In this document: one piece after another, positions 12,177 through 27,900 of the stretch
Layout of the letters: every line of letters begins with the position of its first letter
Numbering within the stretch: the stretch's first letter is position 1
Origin: Azolla caroliniana
Lineage: Eukaryota > Plantae > Polypodiophyta
Reading direction: 5' to 3'
NCBI GenBank assembly: GCA_043228905.1
Contig: JBHGNT010000040.1
Location: 124,001-188,000, forward strand
DNA: 64,000 bases
Position numbers and translations under genes: made by a program
Notes under the pieces: model-generated
What the model saw: the letters and a program-made list of their open reading frames with translations, nothing else
Told to the model about the DNA's origin: nothing
The model's database searches: none

Positions 12177-15100
12177 AGCTAGTGTTGTTAGCTTCGATTC
12201 GCATGTTTGAACACAAAAATCCGATATCACACGAGCCAGGTAGGACAATTTTAATTTACTCACGCGATCTTCTCAACTCCCTCGTCTGATTTACTAATTT
12301 CTTCATGTCTATTGACCTGAGTTTCAAAATCTGGATTTTCTAATTCCATATCATAGCTAGTGTTGTTAGCTTCGATTCGCATCTTTGAACACTAAAATCC
12401 GATATCACACAAGCTAGGTATGACAATTTTAATTTACTCACCTGCTCTTCTAAACTCCCTCCTCAATTTTGCTAATTTCTTCCTGTCTCTCGACCTGAGT
12501 TTCAAAATCTTAATTTTTTAATTCCATATCATAGCTAGTGTTATTAGCTTCGATTCGCATGATGGAACACTAAAATTGAATATCAAACGAGCTAGGTATG
12601 ACAATTTTAATTTACTCACGCGGTCTTCTCAACTCCCTCCTCTAATTTGCTAATTTCTTCATGTCTCTCGACCTGTGTTTCAAAATCTTGATTTTTTAAT
12701 TCCATATTATAGCTAGTGTTGTTAGCTTCGATTTGCATGTTTGAACACTAAAATCCGATATCACTCGAGCCAGGTAGGAACATTTGAATTTACTCACGCG
12801 CTCTTCTCAACTCCCTCCTCTAATTTGCTAATTTCTTCATGTCTCTCGACCTGAGTTTCAAAATCTTGATTTTTTAATTCCATATCATAGCTAGTGTTAT
12901 TAGCTTCGATTCGCATGATTTGAACACTAAAATCCGATATCACACGAGCCAGTTATGAACATTTTACTTTACTCACGCGCTATTCTCAACTCCCTCCTCA
13001 AATTTGGTAATTTCTTCATGTCTCTCGACCTGAGTTTCAAAATCTGGATTTTCTAATTCCATATCATAGCTAGTGTTATTAGCTTCGATTCGCATGATTT
13101 GAACACTAAAATCCGATATCACACGAGCCAGTTATGAACATTTTAATTTACTCACGCGCTATTCTCAACTCCCTCCTCAAATTTGGTAATTTCTTCATGT
13201 CTCTCGACCTGAGTTTCAAAATCTGGATTTTTTAATTCCATATCATATCTAGTCTTGTTAGCTTCGATTCGCATGTTTGAACACAACAATCCCATATCAC
13301 ACGAGCCAAGTACGAACATTTTAATTTACTCACGCGCTCTTCTCAACTCCCTCCCCTGATTTACTAATTTCATCATGTCTCTCGACCTGAGTTTCAAAAT
13401 CTTGATTTTCTAATTCCAAATCATAGCTAGTGTTGTTAGCTTCGATTCGCATGTTTGAACACTAAAATCAGATATCACTCGAGCCAGGTATGACAATTTT
13501 AATTTACTCACGCGCTCTTCTCAACTCCCTCCTCTAATTTACTAATTTCTTCATTTCTCTCGACCTGAGTTTCAAAATCTTGATTTTTTAATTCCATATC
13601 ATAGCTAGTGTTATTAGCTGCGATTCGCATGATTTGAACACTAAAATCCGATATCACACGAGCCAGTTATGAACATTTTAATTTACTCACGCGCTCTTCT
13701 CAACTCCCTCCTCAAATTTGGTAATTTCTTCATGTCTCTCGACCTGAGTTTTAAAATCTTGATTTTCTAATTCCAAATCATAGCTAGTGTTGTTAGCTTC
13801 GATTCGCATCTTTGAACACTAAAATCCGATATCACACGAGCCAGGTATGACAACTTTAATTTACTCACGCGATCTTCTCAACCTCCTCCTCAAATTTGGT
13901 AATTTCTTCATGTCTCTCGACCTGAGTTTCAAAATCTTGATTTTCTAATTTCATATCATAGCTAGTGTTGTTAGCTTCGATTCGCATGATGGAACCCTAA
14001 AATCGGATATCACACGAGCCAGGTATGAACATTTTAATTTACTCACGTGCTCTTCTCAACTCCCTCCTCTAATTTACTAATTTATTCATGTCTCGTGACC
14101 TGTGTTTCAAAATCTTGATTTTCTAATTCTATATTACAGCTAGTGTTGTTAGCTTCGATTCGCATGTTTGAACACAACAATCCGATATCACACGAGCCAG
14201 GTATGACAATTTTAATTTACTCACGCAATCTTCTCCACTCCCTCCTCAAATTTGGTAATTTCTTCATGTCTCTCGACCTGAGTTTCAAAATCTTGATTTT
14301 CTAATTCCATCTCATAGCTAGTGTTGTTAGCTTCTATTCGCATGTTTGAACACAAAAATCGGATATCACACGAGCCAGGTATGACAATTTTAATTTACTC
14401 ACGCAATCTTCTCCACTCCCTCCGCAAATTTGGTAATTTCTTCATGTCTCTCGACCTGAAGTTTCAAAATCTTGATTTTTTAATTCCATATCATAGCTAG
14501 TGTTCTTAGCTGCGATTCGCATGATTTGAACACTAAAATCCGATATCACACGAGCCAGGTAGGAACATTTGAGTTTACTCACGCGCTCCTCTCAACTCCC
14601 TCCTCTAATTTGCTAATTTCTTCATGTCTCTCGACCTGAGTGTCAAAATCTTGATATTTTAATTCCATATCATAGCTAGTGTTTTTAGCTTCGATTCGCA
14701 TGTTTGAACACTAAAATCCGATATCACACGAGCCAGGTATGACAACTTTAATTTACTCACGCGCTCTTCTCAACTCCCTCCTCTAATTTACTAATTTCTT
14801 CATGTCTCTCGACCTGAGTTTCAAAATCTTGATTTTCTAATTCCATATCATAGCTAGTGTTGTTAGCTTCGATTCGCATCTTTGAACACTAAAATCCGAT
14901 ATCACACGAGCCAGGTATGACAACTTTAATTTACTCACCTGCTCTTCTCAACTCCCTCCTCAAATTTGGTAATTTCTTCATGTCTCTCGACCTGAGTTTC
15001 AAAATCTTGATTTTCTAATTTCATATCATAGCTAGTGTTTTAAGCTTCGATTCGCATGATGGAACCCTAAATTCGGATATCACACGAGCCAGGTATGACA

Positions 15101-18100
15101 ATTTTAATTTAGTCACGCTATCTTCTCAACTCCCTCGTCTGATTTACTAATTTCTTCATGTCTCTTGACCTGAGTTTCAAAATATGGATTTTCTAATTCC
15201 ATATCATAGCTAGTGTTGTTAGCTTCGATTCGCATGTTTGAACACAACAATCCCATATCACACGAGCCAGGTACGAACATTTTAATTTACTCACGCGCTC
15301 TTCTCAACTCCCTCCTCTAATTTGCTAATTTCTTCCTGTCTCTCGACCTGAGTTTCAAAATCTTGATTTTTTAATTCCATATCATAGCTAGTGTTGTTAG
15401 CTTCGATTCGCATGTTTGAACACAAAAATCGGATATCACACGAGCCAGGTATGAACATTTTAATTTACTCACGTGCTCTTCTCAACTCCCTCCTCTAATT
15501 TACTAATTTATTCATGTCTCGTGACCTGAGTTTCAAAATCTTGATTTTCTAATTGTATATTACAGCTAGTGTTGTTAGCTTCGATTCGCATGTTTGAACA
15601 CAAAAATCCGATATCACACGAGCCAGGTAGGACAATTTTAATTTACTCACGCGATCTTCTCAACTCCCTCGTCTGATTTACTAATTTCTTCATGTCTATT
15701 GACCTGAGTTTCAAAATCTGGATTTTCTAATTCCATATCATAGCTAGTGTTGTTAGCTTCGATTCGCATCTTTGAACACTAAAATCCGATATCACACAAG
15801 CTAGGTATGACAATTTTAATTTACTCACCTGCTCTTCTAAACTCCCTCCTCAATTTTGCTAATTTCTTCCTGTCTCTCGACCTGAGTTTCAAAATCTTAA
15901 TTTTTTAATTCCATATCATAGCTAGTGTTATTAGCTTCGATTCGCATGATGGAACACTAAAATTGAATATCAAACGAGCTAGGTATGACAATTTTAATTT
16001 ACTCACGCGGTCTTCTCAACTCCCTCCTCTAATTTGCTAATTTCTTCATGTCTCTCGACCTGTATTTCAAAATCTTGATTTTTTAATTCCATATTATAGC
16101 TAGTGTTGTTAGCTTCGATTCGCATGTTTGAACACTAAAATCCGATATCACTCGAGCCAGGTAGGAACATTTGAATTTACTCACGCGCTCTTCTCAACTC
16201 CCTCCTCTAATTTGCTAATTTCTTCATGTCTCTCGACCTGAGTTTCAAAATCTTGATTTTTTAATTCCATATCATAGCTAGTGTTATTAGCTTCGATTCG
16301 CATGATTTGAACACTAAAATCCGATATCACACGAGCCAGTTATGAACATTTTACTTTACTCACGCGCTATTCTCAACTCCCTCCTCAAATTTGGTAATTT
16401 CTTCATGTCTCTCGACCTGAGTTTCAAAATCTGGATTTTCTAATTCCATATCATAGCTAGTGTTATTAGCTTCGATTCGCATGATTTGAACACTAAAATC
16501 CGATATCACACGAGCCAGTTATGAACATTTTAATTTACTCACGCGCTATTCTCAACTCCCTCCTCAAATTTGGTAATTTCTTCATGTCTCTCGACCTGAG
16601 TTTCAAAATCTGGATTTTTTAATTCCATATCATATCTAGTGTTGTTAGCTTCGATTCGCATGTTTGAACACAACAATCCCATATCACACGAGCCAAGTAC
16701 GAACATTTTAATTTACTCACGCGCTCTTCTCAACTCCCTCCCCTGATTTACTAATTTCATCATGTCTCTCGACCTGAGTTTCAAAATCTTGATTTTCTAA
16801 TTCCAAATCATAGCTAGTGTTGTTAGCTTCGATTCGCATGTTTGAACACTAAAATCAGATATCACTCGAGCCAGGTATGACAATTTTAATTTACTCACGC
16901 GCTCTTCTCAACTCCCTCCTCTAATTTACTAATTTCTTCATTTCTCTCGACCTGAGTTTCAAAATCTTGATTTTTTAATTCCATATCATAGCTAGTGTTA
17001 TTAGCTGCGATTCGCATGATTTGAACACTAAAATCCGATATCACACGAGCCAGTTATGAACATTTTAATTTACTCACGCGCTCTTCTCAACTCCCTCCTC
17101 AAATTTGGTAATTTCTTCATGTCTCTCGACCTGAGTTTTAAAATCTTGATTTTCTAATTCCAAATCATAGCTAGTGTTGTTAGCTTCGATTCGCATCTTT
17201 GAACACTAAAATCCGATATCACACGAGCCAGGTATGACAACTTTAATTTACTCACGCGATCTTCTCAACCTCCTCCTCAAATTTGGTAATTTCTTCATGT
17301 CTCTCGACCTGAGTTTCAAAATCTTGATTTTCTAATTTCATATCATAGCTAGTGTTGTTAGCTTCGATTCGCATGATGGAACCCTAAAATCGGATATCAC
17401 ACGAGCCAGGTATGAACATTTTAATTTACTCACGTGCTCTTCTCAACTCCCTCCTCTAATTTACTAATTTATTCATGTCTCGTGACCTGTGTTTCAAAAT
17501 CTTGATTTTCTAATTGTATATTACAGCTAGTGTTGTTAGCTTCGATTCGCATGTTTGAACACAACAATCCGATATCACACGAGCCAGGTATGACAATTTT
17601 AATTTACTCACGCAATCTTCTCCACTCCCTCCTCAAATTTGGTAATTTCTTCATGTCTCTCGACCTGAGTTTCAAAATCTTGATTTTCTAATTCCATCTC
17701 ATAGCTAGTGTTGTTAGCTTCTATTCGCATGTTTGAACACAAAAATCGGATATCACACGAGCCAGGTATGACAATTTTAATTTACTCACGCAATCTTCTC
17801 CACTCCCTCCGCAAATTTGGTAATTTCTTCATGTCTCTCGACCTGAAGTTTCAAAATCTTGATTTTTTAATTCCATATCATAGCTAGTGTTCTTAGCTGC
17901 GATTCGCATGATTTGAACACTAAAATCCGATATCACACGAGCCAGGTAGGAACATTTGAGTTTACTCACGCGCTCCTCTCAACTCCCTCCTCTAATTTGC
18001 TAATTTCTTCATGTCTCTCGACCTGAGTGTCAAAATCTTGATATTTTAATTCCATATCATAGCTAGTGTTTTTAGCTTCGATTCGCATGTTTGAACACTA

Positions 18101-18990
18101 AAATCCGATATCACACGAGCCAGGTATGACAACTTTAATTTACTCACGCGCTCTTCTCAACTCCCTCCTCTAATTTACTAATTTCTTCATGTCTCTCGAC
18201 CTGAGTTTCAAAATCTTGATTTTCTAATTCCATATCATAGCTAGTGTTGTTAGCTTCGATTCGCATCTTTGAACACTAAAATCCGATATCACACGAGCCA
18301 GGTATGACAACTTTAATTTACTCACCTGCTCTTCTCAACTCCCTCCTCAAATTTGGTAATTTCTTCATGTCTCTCGACCTGAGTTTCAAAATCTTGATTT
18401 TCTAATTTCATATCATAGCTAGTGTTTATAGCTTCGATTCGCATGATGGAACCCTAAATTCGGATATCACACGAGCCAGGTATGACAATTTTAATTTAGT
18501 CACGCTATCTTCTCAACTCCCTCGTCTGATTTACTAATTTCTTCATGTCTCTTGACCTGAGTTTCAAAATATGGATTTTCTAATTCCATATCATAGCTAG
18601 TGTTGTTAGCTTCGATTCGCATGTTTGAACACAACAATCCCATATCACACGAGCCAGGTACGAACATTTTAATTTACTCACGCGCTCTTCTCAACTCCCT
18701 CCTCTAATTTGCTAATTTCTTCCTGTCTCTCGACCTGAGTTTCAAAATCTTGATTTTTTAATTCCATATCATAGCTAGTGTTGTTAGCTTCGATTCGCAT
18801 GTTTGAACACAAAAATCGGATATCACACGAGCCAGGTATGAACATTTTAATTTACTCACGTGCTCTTCTCAACTCCCTCCTCTAATTTACTAATTTATTC
18901 ATGTCTCGTGACCTGAGTTTCAAAATCTTGATTTTCTAATTGTATATTACAGCTAGTGTTGTTAGCTTCGATTCGCATGTTTGAACACAA
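12177..18990 (+). repeat. Tandem 19-monomer (3387-bp) duplication: ~12177-15563 and ~15564-18990
   Basis: Shared rare variants ATTTTACTTT at 12961/16348, ACCTCCTCCT at 13881/17268 and ACCTGAAG at 14454/17841; all offsets are 3387. Confidence 0.92.
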
Positions 18991-18997
18991 CAATCCG

Positions 18998-21900
18998 ATA
19001 TCACACGAGCCAGGTATGACAATTTTAATTTACTCACGCAATCTTCTCCACTCCCTCCTCAAATTTGGTAATTTCTTCATGTCTCTCGACCTGAGTTTCA
19101 AAATCTTGATATTTTAATTCCATATCATAGCTAGTGTTGTTAGCTTCGATTCGCATGTTTGAACCCTAAATTCGGATATCACACGAGCCAGGTATGACAA
19201 TTTTAATTTAGTCACGCTATCTTCTCAACTCCCTCGTCTGATTTACTAATTTCTTCATGTCTCTTGACCTGAGTTTCAAAATATGGATTTTCTAATTCCA
19301 TATCATAGCTAGTGTTGTTAGCTTCGATTCGCATGTTTGAACACAACAATCCCATATCACACGAGCCAGGTACGAACATTTTAATTTACTCACGCGCTCT
19401 TCTCAACTCCCTCCTCTAATTTGCTAATTTCTTCCTGTCTCTCGACCTGAGTTTCAAAATCTTGATTTTTTAATTCCATATCATAGCTAGTGTTGTTAGC
19501 TTCGATTCGCATGTTTGAACACAAAAATCGGATATCACACGAGCCAGGTAGGACAATTTTAATTTACTCACGCGATCTTCTCAACTCCCTCGTCTGATTT
19601 ACTAATTTCTTCATGTCTATTGACCTGAGTTTCAAAATCTGGATTTTCTAATTCCATATCATAGCTAGTGTTGTTAGCTTCGATTCGCATGATTTGAACA
19701 CTAAAATCCGATATCACACGAGCCAGGTAGGAACATTTGAATTTACTCACGCGCTCTTCTCAACTCCCTCCTCTAATTTGCTAATTTCTTCATGTCTCTC
19801 GACCTGAGTGTCAAAATCTTGATATTTTAATTCCATATCATAGCTAGTGTTTTTAGCTTCGATTCGCATGTTTGAACACTAAAATCCGATATCACACGAG
19901 CCAGGTATGACAACTTTAATTTACTCACGCGCTCTTCTCAACTCCCTCCTCTAATTTACTAATTTCTTCATGTCTCTTGACCTGAGTTTCAAAATCTTGA
20001 TTTTCTAATTCCATATCATAGCTAGTGTTGTTAGCTTCGATTCGCATCTTTGAACACTAAAATCCGATATCACACGAGCCAGGTATGACAACTTTAATTT
20101 ACTCACCTGGTCTTCTCAACTCCCTCCTCAAATTTGGTAATTTCTTCATGTCTCTCGACCTGAGTTTCAAAATCTTGATTTTCTAATTTCATATCATAGC
20201 TAGTGTTTTTAGCTTCGATTCGCATGATGGAACCCTAAATTCGGATATCACACGAGCCAGGTATGACAATTTTAATTTAGTCACGCTATCTTCTCAACTC
20301 CCTCGTCTGATTTACTAATTTCTTCATGTCTCTTGACCTGAGTTTCAAAATATGGATTTTCTAATTCCATATCATAGCTAGTGTTGTTAGCTTCGATTCG
20401 CATGTTTGAACACAACAATCCCATATCACACGAGCCAGGTACGAACATTTTAATTTACTCACGCGCTCTTCTCAACTCCCTCCTCTAATTTGCTAATTTC
20501 TTCCTGTCTCTCGACCTGAGTTTCAAAATCTTGATTTTTTAATTCCATATCATAGCTAGTGTTGTTAGCTTCGATTCGCATGTTTGAACACAAAAATCGG
20601 ATATCACACGAGCGAGGTATGAACATTTTAATTTACTCACGTGCTCTTCTCAACTCCCTCCTCTAATTTACTAATTTATTCATGTCTCGTGACCTGAGTT
20701 TCAAAATCTTGATTTTCTAATTCTATATTACAGCTAGTGTTGTTAGCTTCGATTCGCATGTTTGAACACAACAATCCGATATCACACGAGCCAGGTATGA
20801 CAATTTTAATTTACTCACGCAATCTTCTCCACTCCCTCCTCAAATTTGGTAATTTCTTCATGTCTCTCGACCTGAGTTTCAAAATCTTGATTTTCTAATT
20901 CCATATCATAGCTAGTGTTGTTAGCTTCGATTCGCATGTTTGAACACAAAAATCGGATATCACACGAGCCAGGTATGACAATTTTAATTTACTCACGCGA
21001 TCTTCTCAACTCCCTCCTCTAATTTACTAATTTCTTCATGTCTCTTGACCTGAGTTTCAAAATCTGGATTTTCTAATTCCATATCATAGCTAGTGTTGTT
21101 AGCTTCGATTCGCATGTTTGAACACAACAATCCCATATCACACGAGCCAGGTACGAACATTTTAATTTACTCACGCGCTCTTCTCAACTCCCTCCTCTAA
21201 TTTGCTAATTTCTTCCTGTCTCTCGACCTGAGTTTCAAAATCTTGATTTTTTAATTCCATATCATAGCTAGTGTTGTTAGCTTCGATTCGCATGTTTGAA
21301 CACAAAAATCGGATATCACACGAGCCAGGTAGGACAATTTTAATTTACTCACGCGATCTTCTCAACTCCCTCGTCTGATTTACTAATTTCTTCATGTCTA
21401 TTGACCTGAGTTTCAAAATCTGGATTTTCTAATTCCATATCATAGCTAGTGTTGTTAGCTTCGATTCGCATCTTTGAACACTAAAATCCGATATCACACA
21501 AGCTAGGTATGACAATTTTAATTTACTCACCTGCTCTTCTCAACTCCCTCCTCAATTTTGCTAATTTCTTCCTGTCTCTCGACCTGAGTTTCAAAATCTT
21601 AATTTTTTAATTCCATATCATAGCTAGTGTTATTAGCTTCGATTCGCATGATGGAACACTAAAATTGAATATCACACGAGCCAGGTATGACAATTTTAAT
21701 TTACTCACGCGCTCTTCTCAACTCCCTCCTCTAATTTACTAATTTCTTCATGTCTCTCGACCTGAGTTTCAAAATCTTGATTTTTTAATTCCATATCATA
21801 GCTAGTGTTATTAGCTGCGATTCGCATGATTTGAACACTAAAATCCGATATCACACGAGCCAGTTATGAACATTTTAATTTACTCACGCGCTCTTCTCAA

Positions 21901-24900
21901 CTCCCTCCTCAAATTTGGTAATTTCTTCATGTCTCTCGACCTGAGTTTTAAAATCTTGATTTTCTAATTCCAAATCATAGCTAGTGTTGTTAGCTTCGAT
22001 TCGCATCTTTGAACACTAAAATCCGATATCACACGAGCCAGGTATGACAACTTTAATTTACTCACGCGCTCTTCTCAACTCCCTCCTCAAATTTGGTAAT
22101 TTCTTCATGTCTCTCGACCTGAGTTTCAAAATCTTGATTTTCTAATTCCATATCATAGCTAGTGTTGTTAGCTTCGATTCGCATGATGGAACCCTAAAAT
22201 CGGATATCACACGAGCCAGGTATGAACATTTTAATTTACTCACGTGCTCTTCTCAACTCCCTCCTCTAATTTACTAATTTATTCATGTCTCGTGACCTGT
22301 GTTTCAAAATCTTGATTTTCTAATTCTATATTACAGCTAGTGTTGTTAGCTTCGATTCGCATGTTTGAACACAACAATCCCATATCACACGAGCCAGGTA
22401 TGACAATTTTAATTTACTCACGAAATCTTCTCCACTCCCTCCTCAAATTTGGTAATTTCTTCATGTCTCTCGACCTGAGTTTCAAAATCTTGATTTTCTA
22501 ATTCTATCTCATAGCTAGTGTTGTTAGCTTCTATTCGCATGTTTGAACACAAAAATCGGATATCACACGAGCCAGGTATGACAATTTTAATTTACTCACG
22601 CAATCTTCTCCACTCCCTCCGCAAATTTGGTAATTTCTTCATGTCTCTCAACCTGAAGTTTCAAAATCTTGATTTTTTAATTCCATATCATAGCTAGTGT
22701 TCTTAGCTGCGATTCGCATGATTTGAACACTAAAATCCGATATCACACGAGCCAGGTAGGAACATTTGAATTTACTCACGCGCTCTTCTCAACTCCCTCC
22801 TCTAATTTGCTAATTTCTTCATGTCTCTCGACCTGAGTGTCAAAATCTTGATATTTTAATTCCATATCATAGCTAGTGTTTTTAGCTTCGATTCGCATGT
22901 TTGAACACTAAAATCCGATATCACACGAGCCAGGTATGACAACTTTCATTTACTCACGCGCTCTTCTCAACTCCCTCCTCTAATTTACTAATTTCTTCAT
23001 GTCTCTTGACCTGAGTTTCAAAATCTTGATTTTCTAATTCCATATCATAGCTAGTGTTGTTAGCTTCGATTCGCATCTTTGAACACTAAAATCCGATATC
23101 ACACGAGCCAGGTATGACAACTTTAATTTACTCACCTGCTCTTCTCAACTCCCTCCTCAAATTTGGTAATTTCTTCATGTCTCTCGACCTGAGTTTCAAA
23201 ATCTTGATTTTCTAATTTCATATCATAGCTAGTGTTTTTAGCTTCGATTCGCATGATGGAACCCTAAATTCGGATATCACACGAGCCAGGTATGACAATT
23301 TTAATTTAGTCACGCTATCTTCTCAACTCCCTCGTCTGATTTACTAATTTCTTCATGTCTCTTGACCTGAGTTTCAAAATATGGATTTTCTAATTCCATA
23401 TCATAGCTAGTGTTGTTAGCTTCGATTCGCATGTTTGAACACAACAATCCCATATCACACGAGCCAGGTACGAACATTTTAATTTACTCACGCGCTCTTC
23501 TCAACTCCCTCCTCTAATTTGCTAATTTCTTCCTGTCTCTCGACCTGAGTTTCAAAATCTTGATTTTCTAATTCCATATCATAGCTAGTGTTGTTAGCTT
23601 CGATTCGCATGTTTGAACACAACAATCCCATATCACACGAGCCAGGTACGAACATTTTAATTTACTCACGCACTCTTCTCAACTCCCTCCTCTAATTTGC
23701 TAATTTCTTCCTGTCTCTCGACCTGAGTTTCAAAATCTTGATTTTTTAATTCCATATCATAGCTAGTGTTGTTAGCTTCGATTCGCATGTTTGAACACAA
23801 AAATCGGATATCACACGAGCCAGGTATGAACATTTTAATTTACTCACGTGCTCTTCTCAACTCCCTCCTCTAATTTACTAATTTATTCATGTCTCGTGAC
23901 CTGAGTTTCAAAATCTTGATTTTCTAATTCTATATTACAGCTAGTGTTGTTAGCTTCGATTCGCATGTTTGAACACAACAATCCGATATCACACGAGCCA
24001 GGTATGACAATTTTAATTTACTCACGCAATCTTCTCCACTCCCTCCTCAAATTTGGTAATTTCTTCATGTCTCTCGACCTGAGTTTCAAAATCTTGATTT
24101 TCTAATTCCATATCATAGCTAGTGTTGTTAGCTTCGATTCGCATGTTTGAACACAAAAATCGGCTATCACACGAGCCAGGTATGACAATTTTAATTTACT
24201 CACGCGGTCTTCTAAACTCCCTCCTCTAATTTGCTAATTTCTTCATGTCTCTCGACCTGTGTTTCAAAATCTTGATTTTTTAATTCCATATCATAGCTAG
24301 TGTCGTTAGCTTCGATTCGCATGTTTGAACACTGAAATCCGATATCACTCGAGCCAGGTATGACAATTTTAATTTACTCACGCGCTCTTCTCAACTCCCT
24401 CCTCTAATTTACTAATTTCTTCATGTCTCTTGACCTGAGTTTCAAAATCTTGATTTTTTACTTCCATATCATAGCTAGTGTTATTAGCTTCGATTCGCAT
24501 GATGGAACACTAAAATCGGATATCACACGAGCCAGTTATGAACATTTTAATTTACTCACGCGCTCTTCTCAACTCCCTCCTCTAATTTACTAATTTCTTC
24601 ATGTCTCTCGACCTGAGTTTCAAAATCTGGATTTTCTAATTCCATATCATAGCTAGTGTTATTAGCTTCGATTCGCATGATTTGAACACTAAAATCCGAT
24701 ATCACACGAGCCAGTTATGAACATTTTAATTTACTCACGCGCTATTCTCAACTCCCTCCTCAAATTTGGTAATTTCTTCATGTCTCTCGACCTGAGTTTC
24801 AAAATCTTGATTTTCTAATTCCATCTCATAGCTAGTGTTGTTAGCTTCTATTCGCATGTTTGAACACAAAAATCGGATATCACACGAGCCAGGTATGACA

Positions 24901-27900
24901 ATTTTAATTTACTCACGCAATCTTCTCCAATCCCTCCGCAAATTTGGTAATTTCTTCATGTCTCTCGACCTGAAGTTTCAAAATCTTGAGTTTTTAATTC
25001 CATATCATAGCTAGTGTTCTTAGCTGCGATTCGCATGATTTGAACACTAAAATCCGATATCACACGAGCCAGGTAGGAACATTTGAATTTACTCACGCGC
25101 TCTTCTCAACTCCCTCCTCTAATTTGCTAATTTCTTCATGTCTCTCGACCTGAGTGTCAAAATCTTGATATTTTAATTCCATATCATAGCTAGTGTTTTT
25201 AGCTTCGATTCGCATGTTTGAACACTAAAATCCGATATCACACGAGCCAGGTATGACAACTTTAATTTACTCACGCGCTCTTCTCAACTCCTTCCTCTAA
25301 TTTACTAATTTCATCATGTCTCTCGACCTGAGTTTCAAAATCTTGATTTTCTAATTCCATATCATAGCTAGTGTCGTTAGCTTCGATTCGCATCTTTGAA
25401 CACTAAAATCCGATATCACACGAGCCAGGTATGACAACTTTAATTTACTCACACGCTCTTCTCAACTCCCTCCTCAAATTTGGTAATTCCTTCATGTCTC
25501 TCGACCTGAGTTTCAAAATCTTGATTTTCTAATTCCAAATCATAGCTAGTGTTGTTAGCTTCGATTCGCATGTTTGAACACTAAATTCGGATATCACACA
25601 AGCTAGGTATGACAATTTTAATTTACTCACGCGCTCTTCTCAACTCCCTCCTCAAATTTGGTAATTTCTTCATGTCTCTCGACCTGAGTTTCAAAATCTT
25701 GATTTTTTAATTCCATATCATAGCTAGTGTTATTAGCTGCGATTCGCATGATTTGAACACTAAAATCCGATATCACACGAGCCAGTTATGAACATTTTAA
25801 TTTACTCACGCGCTATTCTCAACTCCCTCCTCAAATTTGGTAATTTCTTCATGTCTCTCGACCTGAGTTTCAAAATCTTGATTTTCTAATTCCAAATCAT
25901 AGCTAGTGTTGTTAGCTTCGATTCGCATGTTTGAACACTAAATTCAGATATCACTCGAGCCAAGTATGACAATTTTAATTTACTCACGCGCTCTTCTCAA
26001 CTCCCTCCTCTAATTTACTAATTTCTTCATGTCTCTCGACCTGAGTTTCAAAATCTTGATTTTTTAATTCCATATCATAGCTAGTGTTATTAGCTGCGAT
26101 TCGCATGATTTGAACACTAAAATCCGATATCACACGAGCCAGTTATGAACATTTTAATTTACTCACGCGCTATTCTCAACTCCCTCCTCAAATTTGGTAA
26201 TTTCTTCATGTCTCTCGACCTGAGTTTCAAAATCTTGATTTTCTAATTCCAAATCATAGCTAGTGTCGTTAGCTTCGATTCGCATGTTTGAACACTGAAA
26301 TCCGATATCACTCGAGCCAGGTATGACAATTTTAATTTACTCACGCGCTCTTCTCAACTCCCTCCTCTAATTTACTAATTTCTTCATGTCTCTTGACCTG
26401 AGTTTCAAAATCTTGATTTTTTAATTCCATATCATAGCTAGTGTTATTAGCTTCGATTCGCATGATGGAACACTAAAATCGGATATCACACGAGCCAGTT
26501 ATGAACATTTTAATTTACTCACGCGCTCTTCTCAACTCCCTCCTCTAATTTACTAATTTCTTCATGTCTCTCGACCTGAGTTTCAAAATCTGGATTTTCT
26601 AATTCCATATCATAGCTAGTGTTATTAGCTTCGATTCGCATGATTTGAACACTAAAATCCGATATCACACGAGCCAGTTATGAACATTTTAATTTACTCA
26701 CGCGCTATTCTCAACTCCCTCCTCAAATTTGGTAATTTCTTCATGTCTCTCGACCTGAGTTTCAAAATCTTGATTTTCTAATTCCATCTCATAGCTAGTG
26801 TTGTTAGCTTCTATTCGCATGTTTGAACACAAAAATCGGATATCACACGAGCCAGGTATGACAATTTTAATTTACTCACGCAATCTTCTCCACTCCCTCC
26901 TCAAATTTGGTAATTTCTTCATGTCTCTCGACCTGAGTTTCAAAATCTTGATATTTTAATTCCATATCATAGCTAGTGTTGTTAGCTTCGATTCGCATGT
27001 TTGAACCCTAAATTCGGATATCACACGAGCCAGGTATGACAATTTTAATTTAGTCACGCTATCTTCTCAACTCCCTCGTCTGATTTACTAATTTCTTCAT
27101 GTCTCTTGACCTGAGTTTCAAAATATGGATTTTCTAATTCCATATCATAGCTAGTGTTGTTAGCTTCGATTCGCATGTTTGAACACAACAATCCCATATC
27201 ACACGAGCCAGGTACGAACATTTTAATTTACTCACGCGCTCTTCTCAACTCCCTCCTCTAATTTGCTAATTTCTTCCTGTCTCTCGACCTGAGTTTCAAA
27301 ATCTTGATTTTTTAATTCCATATCATAGCTAGTGTTGTTAGCTTCGATTCGCATGTTTGAACACAAAAATCGGATATCACACGAGCCAGGTAGGACAATT
27401 TTAATTTACTCACGCGATCTTCTCAACTCCCTCGTCTGATTTACTAATTTCTTCATGTCTATTGACCTGAGTTTCAAAATCTGGATTTTCTAATTCCATA
27501 TCATAGCTAGTGTTGTTAGCTTCGATTCGCATGATTTGAACACTAAAATCCGATATCACACGAGCCAGGTAGGAACATTTGAATTTACTCACGCGCTCTT
27601 CTCAACTCCCTCCTCTAATTTGCTAATTTCTTCATGTCTCTCGACCTGAGTGTCAAAATCTTGATATTTTAATTCCATATCATAGCTAGTGTTTTTAGCT
27701 TCGATTCGCATGTTTGAACACTAAAATCCGATATCACACGAGCCAGGTATGACAACTTTAATTTACTCACGCGCTCTTCTCAACTCCCTCCTCTAATTTA
27801 CTAATTTCTTCATGTCTCTTGACCTGAGTTTCAAAATCTTGATTTTCTAATTCCATATCATAGCTAGTGTTGTTAGCTTCGATTCGCATCTTTGAACACT

